From Candidatus Subterrananammoxibius californiae (GTDB lineage: Bacteria > Planctomycetota > Brocadiia > Brocadiales > Subterrananammoxibiaceae): a DNA stretch of 64,000 nt. Location: contig JAURAC010000004.1 in assembly GCA_030586555.1 (NCBI GenBank), forward strand, positions 1 to 64,000, read 5' to 3'. How positions within the stretch are numbered: the first letter of the stretch is position 1; each line of letters starts with the position of its first letter. The position numbers and the translations under genes are program-made. Positions 31,585 through 41,198 of the stretch are shown here, piece after piece. Below the pieces are notes generated by a model, which was not told the origin of the DNA, made no database searches, and saw only the letters and a list, made by a program, of their open reading frames with translations.

Positions 31585-32601
31585 TTGGGATGCGAGGGTG
31601 TAATGGCACTAAATTTGCGCACTATCTTTAGTATGGAAATGACTGGCATCGCAATGTACAATGACAAAATCCCCATACAAGCGCTCCATGTAACCTACAG
31701 CAAGCCAGAACCACCAACCTTTGATAATGTCTTGAAATTAGAGTCTCAAAGTCGGGAGTCAAGAGTCGAGGGTCAGAACCCAGGACTCCAGACTCCCGAC
31801 TCAGGACTCACGACTCATTCGTTTATGGAGCAGATGAGAATGTACAAAGAGGACCGGTTGCTTTCAAGTCCTGGGGGTGATAGTGTCTTTGTGGATGCTA
31901 ACGGTAAGGTTGCTAATAAAGGCGTTGAGCATACGTGCCTTATAAAAAGGGTTGGTAAGGACATTAAGGATGCAAAGAGTAATTTTGTAAATATGTTAAA
32001 GGATGCATCCTGTAGCGCAAAATTCAGTTATATAACTCAGGATGGCAAAATAGAAGACGGACAAAGGGTTGGACTTGTTAAAACCCTTGAAAACTTCTTT
32101 AAAGACCTTTTTAGCGGCATTTCACTCGGCACATACACCCCACGAGCTGAAGAGAAACCATCAGGCGCAGACGAAACCGTAAAGCACTCCTTAAAGAAGG
32201 TCTTTCTGGATGCTGTATATAAGGACGTGGCGGTGGGAATTCCAAGAGGCGCGGTTCAAATTGTCAAAGATGCTGCGTTAGTTTGCTTAAATCTTGCAGA
32301 GGCCATACCCGATGCCACTATTGGTATTACAAAGACTGGTGAGGGCGTAACTACGAAGGTCTTTGATAATACACAGGTGGCGCTCAATTTCTTTACAGAC
32401 ATTTTGCCAGGTGGAGAGGGCAGGGGAAGGGTTTATGCATTCAAACTTGACAAGGGTATCAAAGGATTGCCGCTTATCCATAACCTCACTACACCCGAAC
32501 AGGGAACTGATGAAGCAGATTTTCAGCACGTTAGGAATACCTCCTTTAGAAAGACCATAGAAACTATTTCATCCATCATACCTCTTAGCACTACACTGTA
32601 A
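31585..32601 (+). CDS. Hypothetical protein
   Basis: Long ORF with plausible composition; start uncertain; contains a repeat-derived segment (about 31740-31820). Confidence 0.6.
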   Translation: MGCEGVMALNLRTIFSMEMTGIAMYNDKIPIQALHVTYSKPEPPTFDNVLKLESQSRESRVEGQNPGLQTPDSGLTTHSFMEQMRMYKEDRLLSSPGGDSVFVDANGKVANKGVEHTCLIKRVGKDIKDAKSNFVNMLKDASCSAKFSYITQDGKIEDGQRVGLVKTLENFFKDLFSGISLGTYTPRAEEKPSGADETVKHSLKKVFLDAVYKDVAVGIPRGAVQIVKDAALVCLNLAEAIPDATIGITKTGEGVTTKVFDNTQVALNFFTDILPGGEGRGRVYAFKLDKGIKGLPLIHNLTTPEQGTDEADFQHVRNTSFRKTIETISSIIPLSTTL

Positions 32602-32715
32602 ATAGAGATGCAAAATCTTGCGTCTCTACCAACTTTTTCCACATAGGCATTATATTTGCTAACAGTTTTAAAGAGAATCTATAGAATGCTCTGGGCGGAT
32701 TTCAAGGAGGAAATC

Positions 32716-34251
32716 ATGGCAAAGAAAGCAGACCTTTGCAATTGCTTAGGAATAGATAAAAAGGAAATCCATACCAGAAAAGATTATCTTGAGTTCACTG
32801 AGGAGGACGTAAATTTATTAAAGGACTTGAAATCTCTCATTGGCGAGCATGCCGATACTATTGTAGAGAAATTCTACAAACATCTCACCCAACACAAAGA
32901 AACTAAAATGTTGTTGAAAGATAAAAATACTGTGAAAAGACTCAAGATGGTGCAGAGGGGATACCTATCAGGTTTGTTTGGAGGGCAATACGATGATGTG
33001 TACTTTAATCGCAGGTTGAAGATTGGTAAAGTCCATAATGACATACGACTGCTTCCAAGATGGTATATAGGCGCATACAGCCTTTACCACAGGCTTATAT
33101 ATCCTTTAATCTTTAAGGAATATAAATCGGATATAGAAGGACTGCTCAAACGTGTGTTAGCTGTTGATAAATTGACAAACCTTGATATTCAGCTTGCAAT
33201 GGATATGTATATCCACACTTACATTAACAATCTAAAGTCTACTACAGACGAAACAAGGTTGTTTCAATATATAATTAATAGCACAGTTGATTCTATCGTC
33301 GTCACAGACCTGAATTCAAAGATTATGTACGTTAACCCCGGTTTTGAACGGATAACGGGCTATTCCATAGGAGAGGTATTCAGGAAAGACATTTCCATCT
33401 TTTGCGAGTGTGATTGCGCACAGGTACATGAAGAAATGCGGGATTCGCTCTCTAAAAATGGATATTGGACAGGTGAGGTCACATGCAAGCGCAAAAACGA
33501 TGAGCAATGGACATCCTTTCTTACGATTTCATTAGTTAAGGATGAAAAAGATAATCCCATTGCATACGTCAGAATATCGCGGGATGTAACCGAAAAGAAG
33601 GCTTTAGAAGCAAGGATAAGCACCGTAAACATAGAACTTGAGAAGGCTAACCGGGAACTTAAAGAGGCACAGAATGATGCAATATTAATGCTTTCTGTGG
33701 CATGCGAAGCCAAGGATGAGGATACGGGGGACCATGTCCAGCGTATCCAGCATTACACAAGGGCGTTAGCAAATGAAATTGGGCTGCCTGCTAAGGTTAC
33801 TGAACAAATTGCCTATTCAAGCATGTTGCACGACGTGGGGAAGATTCATATACCAGATTATATCTTAAGAAAACCTGGAAGATTAACAACGAGTGAATTT
33901 GAGATTATGAAGATGCATACCGTTTTTGGCGAAAGGATACTCCTTGAAAAACCGTATTATCAATTAGCCAGGCAGATTGCCAGAGGTCATCATGAAAATT
34001 ATGATGGAACAGGTTACCCCGATGCGTTAAAGGGTGAAGATATTCCACTTGCCGCACGTATCTCGAAACTGGCTGATGTGTACGATGCCCTCAACTCAAA
34101 AAGGCCTTACAAGGACGCATGGTCTGAACAGGAGGCATATGAAATGATTTTATCCATGAAGGGAAAACAGATTGACCCACTGCTCGTTGACGCATTTAAG
34201 AGATTATGGGAAAACAACACCCTAAAGAAAATCAAGGTAAAGTATTCGTAA
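32716..34251 (+). CDS. Globin-coupled sensor: protoglobin - PAS - HD-GYP cyclic-dinucleotide phosphodiesterase
   Basis: Sensor globin (FTEED...IVEKFY...IGKVH..I.L.PRWYIGAY), PAS, HD-GYP (LHDVGK, HHENYDGTGYP, ADVYDAL..KRPYK); RBS AGGAGG before ATG 32716. Confidence 0.88.
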   Translation: MAKKADLCNCLGIDKKEIHTRKDYLEFTEEDVNLLKDLKSLIGEHADTIVEKFYKHLTQHKETKMLLKDKNTVKRLKMVQRGYLSGLFGGQYDDVYFNRRLKIGKVHNDIRLLPRWYIGAYSLYHRLIYPLIFKEYKSDIEGLLKRVLAVDKLTNLDIQLAMDMYIHTYINNLKSTTDETRLFQYIINSTVDSIVVTDLNSKIMYVNPGFERITGYSIGEVFRKDISIFCECDCAQVHEEMRDSLSKNGYWTGEVTCKRKNDEQWTSFLTISLVKDEKDNPIAYVRISRDVTEKKALEARISTVNIELEKANRELKEAQNDAILMLSVACEAKDEDTGDHVQRIQHYTRALANEIGLPAKVTEQIAYSSMLHDVGKIHIPDYILRKPGRLTTSEFEIMKMHTVFGERILLEKPYYQLARQIARGHHENYDGTGYPDALKGEDIPLAARISKLADVYDALNSKRPYKDAWSEQEAYEMILSMKGKQIDPLLVDAFKRLWENNTLKKIKVKYS

Positions 34252-34259
34252 CAAAAAAG

Positions 34260-37200
34260 TTAAGAGTTTTGAGCTAAGAGTTTTGAGTCAAGTGTCCCCA
34301 AAGGGGGATCTTTTGACTCCAGACCTATGTCTCCTGACTCTCTTTTTTCTATTTCCTCAAACTTAACAGTAATCCTCTTGGAGACACCGGGTTCCTGCAT
34401 AGTAACCCCATAAAGTACGTCAGCGATGCTCATTGTCTGCTTGTTATGTGTAATAATAAGGAATTGAGAGTGCTGCGTAAACTCCTTAAGCACGGCAACA
34501 AAGCGGCCGATGTTACTTTCATCAAGCGCTGCATCAACCTCGTCTAAGATGCAGAATGGGCTTGGCTTTGATTGGAAGATGGCGAAAAGTAATGCAACAG
34601 TCGTCATAACCTTTTCACCACCAGAAAGCAGGTTTACCGAGCGTAGTTCCTTTTCCGGAGGCTGAGCAATTATTTCTATGCCAGCCTCAAGCATATCAAC
34701 GCCTTCCTCTAAGATTATATCAGCCTTGCCTCCGCCAAACAGTTTGCGGAACAACGCCCTGAAGTTTTCCCTGACCTGATTAAACGTATTCTCAAAAAGC
34801 TCTCGGCTTGCCGTATTTATCCTTTTTATCAATTCATTCAGTGCGTTTTGGGCCTTCTGCAGGTCTTCCCTCTGGTTTAACAAGAACTTTTCCCTGATTT
34901 GAAGTTCATCCTGCTGTTGTATAGCTTCAAGGTTAACGTTGCCCAACCTTTCAATCTTACCCCTGAGTTCTTCAATCTCCTGCGCAACATTGTCCCAGTT
35001 TATCTCTCCGTACTCGATTGTCCTTTCACTCGTCTCCTGCCGGTCTACAGCTGAAAGCTCTATGTGGTACTCGTCACGAATCCTTTCCTCCAGGTCTATC
35101 GTCTTAACGTGCAATTCGTTTTCTTTGAGTCTTAGTTCCTGTAACTGGTTTTCAACGGTCTTATGTTCTCCACTTTTTTCACCAATCTTGGTCTTTACGT
35201 TCAGGAGTTGTTCATGAATTGCCTCACGACCATCCTTAAGTGAGATAAGCTTAAGGGACATTTCATCTTTCTTTGATTGGAGTTCCTTCAGCGAATCTTC
35301 GATACACTTTATTTCAACATCAGCCTGCGTTTTTTTAATCTGGCAGTTTTCTATTTCAAGTTGGGTAGCGGATAAATCCTCATAGGTTTCTTTTTGTACA
35401 GATTCTAATTGACGGAGCGATGCAGTAAGCCCATCTCTTTTCTCGGTTCGCTGAGCCAGATTGACCTTAAGCTCTGTTATCTCGTTTTGTAGCGTCAATT
35501 TTAATTCTTCCTTCTTGTCGGCTTCAGTGGAAATGTGTTCTAATTGCTGCTCCAATTGTTTACGTTTATCATTAAGCGCATTCATTTCTCCTCGAAGTTT
35601 TTCTTCCCTTTGATGTGCCGCATTTATTGTAACCTCTATTTCACTAATCTCACCCCCACTAACGCCCTTTTCTGATAAAAGGTTATTATGTTTACTTTCA
35701 CCTTGTTGAAGCGCATTGTCTTTTGCCAATTCCAGGAATTTTGCTCTGTCAACTGTCTGTTTTAGCGTTTCTAAATCGCATTCTAACTCTTTAACCTTCT
35801 GCAACCTTACCCTTCTTTCCTCCTCGAATCTTTCAAGGGCACGGGCAATCTTTACCAGTTCCTTCTCGATACTCACCAATTCACTTTTTCGAGAAATAAT
35901 GCCGATGTGTCCCTCTCCTTTACCTCCGACTAAGGTACCGTCTGAATTAATTACCTCGCCTTCAGTGGTAGCAAAACGGACTGTGTGAGTGAGCGTTCCT
36001 TGTGATGAGTAAAGTGTTTGCGCTGTATCAAAATCGTGAACGACTATCGTATCCCCCAATAAAGACTTTATCAATTCCGAATAAGCATCATCATGGCTTA
36101 CTAAATCCGAAGCCTTCCCTATTACGCCGGGCTTCGACCTGAGCCCTTCTGCAGTGAGCTCAGGGTCGAACTGCTCAGCCGAAGGTTGGTTTAAACTGCT
36201 TGATTCATCCGTAACATTATTCATTATCCCGTCAAGAGGAAGAAACGTTGCCTTACCCCTTTCGCCTTCTTTCAGGAAATTAATGGCTCGAACGGCATCG
36301 TCAAATGTATCGGTAACGATGCTTTGCGCTTTCGTTCCGAGAACCGTTTCTATAGCAGCCGCATACGGCAAATCAACCTTCAGTAAATCGGCGACAATAC
36401 CACGGATACCTGTTATGATGGTGCCGCTCTTAGAAGTTTCTCCTAAGACAGCCTTTGCCCCTGCCTCTACCCCTTCGGAACGTGCCTCAAAGTCCTTTAA
36501 TACCTCATAACGGGACTCTTTGCTGCTTTGCAGTTGCTTCTGGATATTTATTTGCCCTTCAAAGGATTCAATCTCCTTGGCAAGCTGTCCAATCCTCCCC
36601 TTTGAATGGAGTAGTTTATCGGCATGTGTGGCGATTTCCTGACTCAAACCCTGTTTTTCATTCAGCAGTCGCTCTCTTTCAATAGCTAATTGGCTTACCT
36701 CGGCTGATATTTCATCCTGTCGTTTTTGAAGCCTTGCCTTTCGATTGAATAGTGTCTCTTTTTCGGTGGCAAGATTCCCCATCTCATTCTGAAGACCGGA
36801 TTGACGGTAAAGCATATCAACTGCAAGGGATTTCTTTTCCTCTATCTGTTGACGCATCAAATCGCATTCAAGGGTCAACTGCTTCAGTCCCGTTTCTTTT
36901 AGCTGCAAACGGCTTTTATGCTCCGTAATCTCCTGCTCAATGTCAGTGATGCCTTGTAACGTAATAGCCGCCTGTTTCTTCATTTCTTCGATTCTAACTG
37001 TAAGCAACTGAACATGCTCTGAGTGTCTCGCCCTCTGCAAGTCAAGGTCATATATCCTTTGTTGGTTTAGCCGAACCTTTTCCTGTGCGGTTGAAATCTG
37101 CGCTTCAGTATTGGCAAGACTTGCCTGAACCTCGGAAATATCCATATCCAACTGTGCAATACTTTCCTCCAGGGAAACCCTTTCCCTTTCGAGGGCTTCA

Positions 37201-37985
37201 ATCGCACTCAGAATGCTCTGAATGCTTTTTTGAACATCGTCAATCTGGCTTGTAATATGGATTTTCTTTTCCTTAAACTCACGATAATTCTTAAGGGAAA
37301 GTTTTATCCTGAGTTCTTTAAGCCTTTCAATATGCTCCTGATACCTTCTTGCCTTTGCGGCCTGAAGTGTAACAGACCTCAATTGTTTTTGTACCTCTTC
37401 TATTATGTCGCCGAGGCGCAGTTGGTTTTGTTCCACCCTCTCTAACTTGCTCATGGCAGCCTTTTTTCTTGCTTTGTATTTACTTATCCCTGCTGCCTCA
37501 TCAAAGACGCCGCGCCTCTCCTGGGCATTTGCCTGCAGTAAGGTGTCAACTTTACCTTGCTCAATAACGGAGTAACAGTCAACCCCCACACCCGTATCCA
37601 TAAACAGTTCCTTAATATCCCTCAGCCTGCACGGTTGTTTATTTATAAAATATTCAGATTCCCCGGAGGTATATAGACGACGGGTTACACAAACTTCCTG
37701 GTATTCAATGGGAAGTAAATTTTTGTCGTTCAAGATAAAAAGAGATACCTCAGCATATCCAGACGATGGGCGATTTTCTGTGCCGCCGAAGATTACATCA
37801 GCCATTTCTCTTCCCCTTAGGGATTTTGCGCTCTGCTCGCCGAGAATCCATCGGAAGGCATCTACAACGTTGCTTTTCCCACAACCATTTGGACCAACAA
37901 TCCCTGTAATCCCCGGTTCAAACGTAAAGGTTGTCTTATCGGCAAATGACTTAAAACCAAACGCTTCCAATTTTGTTAATTGCAT
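34260..37985 (-). CDS. smc: Chromosome segregation protein SMC
   Basis: GFKSF, GPNGCGKSN, coiled coils, hinge, LSGGE, LDEVDAALD, IITH. Confidence 0.96.
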   Translation of the reverse strand: MQLTKLEAFGFKSFADKTTFTFEPGITGIVGPNGCGKSNVVDAFRWILGEQSAKSLRGREMADVIFGGTENRPSSGYAEVSLFILNDKNLLPIEYQEVCVTRRLYTSGESEYFINKQPCRLRDIKELFMDTGVGVDCYSVIEQGKVDTLLQANAQERRGVFDEAAGISKYKARKKAAMSKLERVEQNQLRLGDIIEEVQKQLRSVTLQAAKARRYQEHIERLKELRIKLSLKNYREFKEKKIHITSQIDDVQKSIQSILSAIEALERERVSLEESIAQLDMDISEVQASLANTEAQISTAQEKVRLNQQRIYDLDLQRARHSEHVQLLTVRIEEMKKQAAITLQGITDIEQEITEHKSRLQLKETGLKQLTLECDLMRQQIEEKKSLAVDMLYRQSGLQNEMGNLATEKETLFNRKARLQKRQDEISAEVSQLAIERERLLNEKQGLSQEIATHADKLLHSKGRIGQLAKEIESFEGQINIQKQLQSSKESRYEVLKDFEARSEGVEAGAKAVLGETSKSGTIITGIRGIVADLLKVDLPYAAAIETVLGTKAQSIVTDTFDDAVRAINFLKEGERGKATFLPLDGIMNNVTDESSSLNQPSAEQFDPELTAEGLRSKPGVIGKASDLVSHDDAYSELIKSLLGDTIVVHDFDTAQTLYSSQGTLTHTVRFATTEGEVINSDGTLVGGKGEGHIGIISRKSELVSIEKELVKIARALERFEEERRVRLQKVKELECDLETLKQTVDRAKFLELAKDNALQQGESKHNNLLSEKGVSGGEISEIEVTINAAHQREEKLRGEMNALNDKRKQLEQQLEHISTEADKKEELKLTLQNEITELKVNLAQRTEKRDGLTASLRQLESVQKETYEDLSATQLEIENCQIKKTQADVEIKCIEDSLKELQSKKDEMSLKLISLKDGREAIHEQLLNVKTKIGEKSGEHKTVENQLQELRLKENELHVKTIDLEERIRDEYHIELSAVDRQETSERTIEYGEINWDNVAQEIEELRGKIERLGNVNLEAIQQQDELQIREKFLLNQREDLQKAQNALNELIKRINTASRELFENTFNQVRENFRALFRKLFGGGKADIILEEGVDMLEAGIEIIAQPPEKELRSVNLLSGGEKVMTTVALLFAIFQSKPSPFCILDEVDAALDESNIGRFVAVLKEFTQHSQFLIITHNKQTMSIADVLYGVTMQEPGVSKRITVKFEEIEKRESGDIGLESKDPPLGTLDSKLLAQNS

Positions 37986-38002
37986 ATCACGAATCCTGAG
38001 TT

Positions 38003-38222
38003 TTATAAGCTCACTAGTTCAACTTCAATTCGATCCTTCACGGTATGTGTTGTTTCAAGAAGACGATCGAGCTCATTAAGGATTTTGCATGAAAGTAACG
38101 CTCTCCGCATTCAGTGCAAACCTCTGCCTCAACATTTTAAACAATGTAGAGCCTACCGTGGAGCCAGTGTTGCTTTTCACCTTCTTTTTTATAATCTTCT
38201 CTTCGCAAAATTCACAAATCAT
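38003..38222 (-). pseudogene. YgiT-type zinc-finger (MqsA-like) antitoxin pseudogene
   Basis: Reconstructs as MICEFCEEKIIKKKVK/KQHWLHGRLYIV*NVEAEVCTECGERYFHAK/ILNELDRLLE...EVELVSL* with two frameshifts and one stop; RBS GGAGG upstream. Confidence 0.75.
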
Positions 38223-38393
38223 AATCCCTCCATATGTAACTTGCAAATTCTATAAAGGTATCTTACGCCCCCTTTTGTTTCTACTTCCACAGCAATTTTA
38301 CAGGAATTATAAGACATTACCTTTTCTAATTCGGTTCGAAATGATTCGTAAGGTAAAAATAGAAATATTCTCTTTTCATCTTTAAGTTATGGG

Positions 38394-39548
38394 CTAAATA
38401 ATACCCTTTGGTACAAAAATATCACTAATGGTGTTTACGACATAATTATCTGTCATGCCAGCCATAAAATCCAAAACTATCAACGCATTCGGCTCTTCTT
38501 CGCTATAATTTATCTTTTTTATAAATTTATCTAATACATCATAAACTTTTGCATCAGGTAGTGAATCAGGATTTTTTCTCAATCTGTCTGTCTTTTTTAA
38601 ATCGTCTAACAGACGCGTAAACAATTCTTCCAATGCTCTTGTCGCGTGTTTCTTATATTTGTCTACAGCCCCACTTCGGTATATTTCTTTATAATTAAAC
38701 TCTATTAATTTTTTCAGCAGTTCGTGCTTTTCATTGCTGAGAACTATTTTACCAGGATTTGCTTTACTATAATTAACTAAATCTTCTAAAAGCGTACCAA
38801 TAATTTTTCCATTATTTTCACCGAGCCCATTGATAATGTCCTTGGGAATAGAATCTTCTTTTATTAGACCAGCCACAAGAGCATCTTCAATATCTCTTCC
38901 AGCATATACTATTTTATCAACCATCCGAACAACACATCCTTCAATAGTACATGGCATCAACGCATCTTTTCTATCATTAATCTTTTCTAAATCCTTATTA
39001 TTTCTTTCAGGAACAAGCTCATTACTAAATTCTTCACCACAATGGGATATTATTCCATCTCTAACTTCATAGGTTAAATTTAAACCAGCTTCAGTTTCTC
39101 TATCAAGTTCAGCAAGCTTATCTACTACCCTTAAGCCATGTACTTCATGTTGAAAATTTATATTCAGATTAAACCTTTTGGATAAATCGCTTAATACCTT
39201 TTCCCCATGATGCCCAAAAGGTGCATGTCCAACATCATGACCTAATCCTATCGCCTCTACAAGATCTTCATTTACTTGAAGATGACGTGCTACAGTTCGA
39301 GATGCAGAAGCTACATGGAGCACATGCTCCATCCTTGTGCATATATGATCATTCTTTGGTAGAAAAAAAACCTGCGTTTTATGCCTTAATCTCCTAAACG
39401 GTTGACTGTATATAATTCTGTGTATATCCCTTTGAAATTCGGTTCTATAACCATCTTGTTTAAGGGGTTTTTTTCTTCCCTTTGAATTTATACTTAATGT
39501 AGTTATAGGGTTTTTATAAATTGATTCTTCATCAAATGATGTATGCAT
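38394..39548 (-). CDS. Second dGTPase-like HD triphosphohydrolase (AT-rich, accessory)
   Basis: RTEFQRDIHRIIYSQPFRRLRHKTQVF, TRMEH, GHDVGHAPFGHHGE, VDKIVY..RDIEDA, DFMAGMTD. Confidence 0.9.
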   Translation of the reverse strand: MHTSFDEESIYKNPITTLSINSKGRKKPLKQDGYRTEFQRDIHRIIYSQPFRRLRHKTQVFFLPKNDHICTRMEHVLHVASASRTVARHLQVNEDLVEAIGLGHDVGHAPFGHHGEKVLSDLSKRFNLNINFQHEVHGLRVVDKLAELDRETEAGLNLTYEVRDGIISHCGEEFSNELVPERNNKDLEKINDRKDALMPCTIEGCVVRMVDKIVYAGRDIEDALVAGLIKEDSIPKDIINGLGENNGKIIGTLLEDLVNYSKANPGKIVLSNEKHELLKKLIEFNYKEIYRSGAVDKYKKHATRALEELFTRLLDDLKKTDRLRKNPDSLPDAKVYDVLDKFIKKINYSEEEPNALIVLDFMAGMTDNYVVNTISDIFVPKGII

Positions 39549-40182
39549 TTTGTTTTTCCAAGTTTCTCTCTATTTTTTCATCTAATATTTCGATAAGCTT
39601 ATAACAAAGCACCTTTCTTTCTTGAATATCTTTTACCAAAGAAGAAATTTCTAAACCCTTATTATAAACAATCTTTAAGTTGGAGTTATCAATAATTGGA
39701 GATTTTTCTTTATATTCTTCAAGGAATAATTCACCAAATACTTCTGGTATTTTCTGTATTTCGTTTACAATTATAAAATTGGATAAACCCAACACCAAAG
39801 GATTATCATTTCCTTTAATTAATGATCGTGTATCATGTTTATATATAACAACTTTTCTCCCTGAGCTCCAAGCAATGCCAGCCTCAACCATAGCACCTTC
39901 ATCGGGAACCCTACCATTTATATTTAGAACTAGTCCATTACTATCCAAGACTTGAAAAACATCTAGTGTAAAAATTGCTTTATTCAAGATATTATTTATA
40001 TCTTTCTCAGATATGCCAAGCTCATTAAATACTTCCCATAGATTTGAAAATTCAAATCCATCCCTATGTGGAAGAAAAACTTTGAAGCCACTTGCTTCTA
40101 AAGTTGTTGCAATTTCTTGCATTTCTTCTTTTTCTTTTGTATTAAATAATGGACCCGCACAATAGATTTTTTTCATAGTCAT
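39532..40182 (-). CDS. Nucleoside 2-deoxyribosyltransferase / N-glycosidase family protein
   Basis: KIYCAGPLF, VFLPHRDG, IF.LD, GRVPDEGAMVEAGIA (catalytic Glu), D.RS...N; overlaps the dGTPase start by 17 bp. Confidence 0.85.
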   Translation of the reverse strand: MTMKKIYCAGPLFNTKEKEEMQEIATTLEASGFKVFLPHRDGFEFSNLWEVFNELGISEKDINNILNKAIFTLDVFQVLDSNGLVLNINGRVPDEGAMVEAGIAWSSGRKVVIYKHDTRSLIKGNDNPLVLGLSNFIIVNEIQKIPEVFGELFLEEYKEKSPIIDNSNLKIVYNKGLEISSLVKDIQERKVLCYKLIEILDEKIERNLEKQNAYII

Positions 40183-40414
40183 ATATCCTTTTTATTTAAA
40201 GGTTATTTTGGATCAAGTCCTATTTTCCCTGTGAAAACACGAGGCACAGATACCCTCCCCAAAAGATGGCGGACAGGCAATGCTACATAAACTAAGCTAC
40301 AAGTTTTTGGGTTTTGAACGAGTCTTTTCTAATTGCATATGCTTAATAGGTAATAGGCTATAGGGAAAACCATAACCTATAACCCATGACCCATAACCTA
40401 TCACCTCTATTTTT

Positions 40415-41149
40415 TCACCACTGTCTGCACAGTTCCTTTTTTGCTTCGCCTCTTACAAAGCAGTTCTTTACGTACGCCCTTGCACTTTTGGCAAATTGCC
40501 TGAGGGTTTCTACAGGACAGGGTATAATGTTGAGCATTTCATTGTCAAGACAATTATTAGGCTTGAACCCTTGTAAGACATACCTTTGAGCGCCTTTGAT
40601 GGTTCTGGCAATCTCCACTATATCGGATTCATTCAGAAAGGCAGGACTAACGGTGGTGCGAAATTCGTATTCGATGCCGCTACTCATTATTAATTCTATG
40701 CTTCGCCGAATACTCGATAAATCATATGATACGCCCGTAACCTCTTCATACCTTTCCTCGCGTAACGGAGCCTTAATATCCATTGCCACACATTGAACAA
40801 GCCTGCGCCTTATCAGGTCTTCAAGAACATCAGGATTAGTGCCGTTCGTGTCTAACTTCACCTTCATTCCTAAAGAACTTAACGCCCCTATTAATTCCTC
40901 CAGATTTTTATGCAGGGTAGGTTCGCCCCCCGAAATAACAATCCCATCAAGCCATGCCCTATTGCGCTTTATAGCTTCTAATATATTTTCCACAGGGATT
41001 GTCTCAAGCCTGTCAGATGGCTGAACGAGGTGCGGAGAGTGGCAATATGGGCACCGCAGGTTACAAGATGGTAGGAATATTATAGAAACTATATTCCCTT
41101 CCCATTCTATAAGGCTATTTTCTATGTATCCAGCAATTGGTATTGCCAT
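40415..41149 (-). CDS. nrdG: Anaerobic ribonucleotide reductase activating enzyme (radical SAM)
   Basis: CNLRCPYCH, ISGGEPT, KLDTNG, AMDIKAP, YEFRTT; follows nrdD. Start set at MAIPIAG, since the upstream extension is a repeat. Confidence 0.9.
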   Translation of the reverse strand: MAIPIAGYIENSLIEWEGNIVSIIFLPSCNLRCPYCHSPHLVQPSDRLETIPVENILEAIKRNRAWLDGIVISGGEPTLHKNLEELIGALSSLGMKVKLDTNGTNPDVLEDLIRRRLVQCVAMDIKAPLREERYEEVTGVSYDLSSIRRSIELIMSSGIEYEFRTTVSPAFLNESDIVEIARTIKGAQRYVLQGFKPNNCLDNEMLNIIPCPVETLRQFAKSARAYVKNCFVRGEAKKELCRQW

Positions 41150-41198
41150 TTTATTTTTCTTGGACAGACGTCTGTCATGTTGAGCCCTTCGGCGTTGC

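Noticed and set aside
37980..38385. + strand ORFs of 91 and 98 aa
   Set aside because: Better explained as the antisense of the YgiT-type pseudogene.
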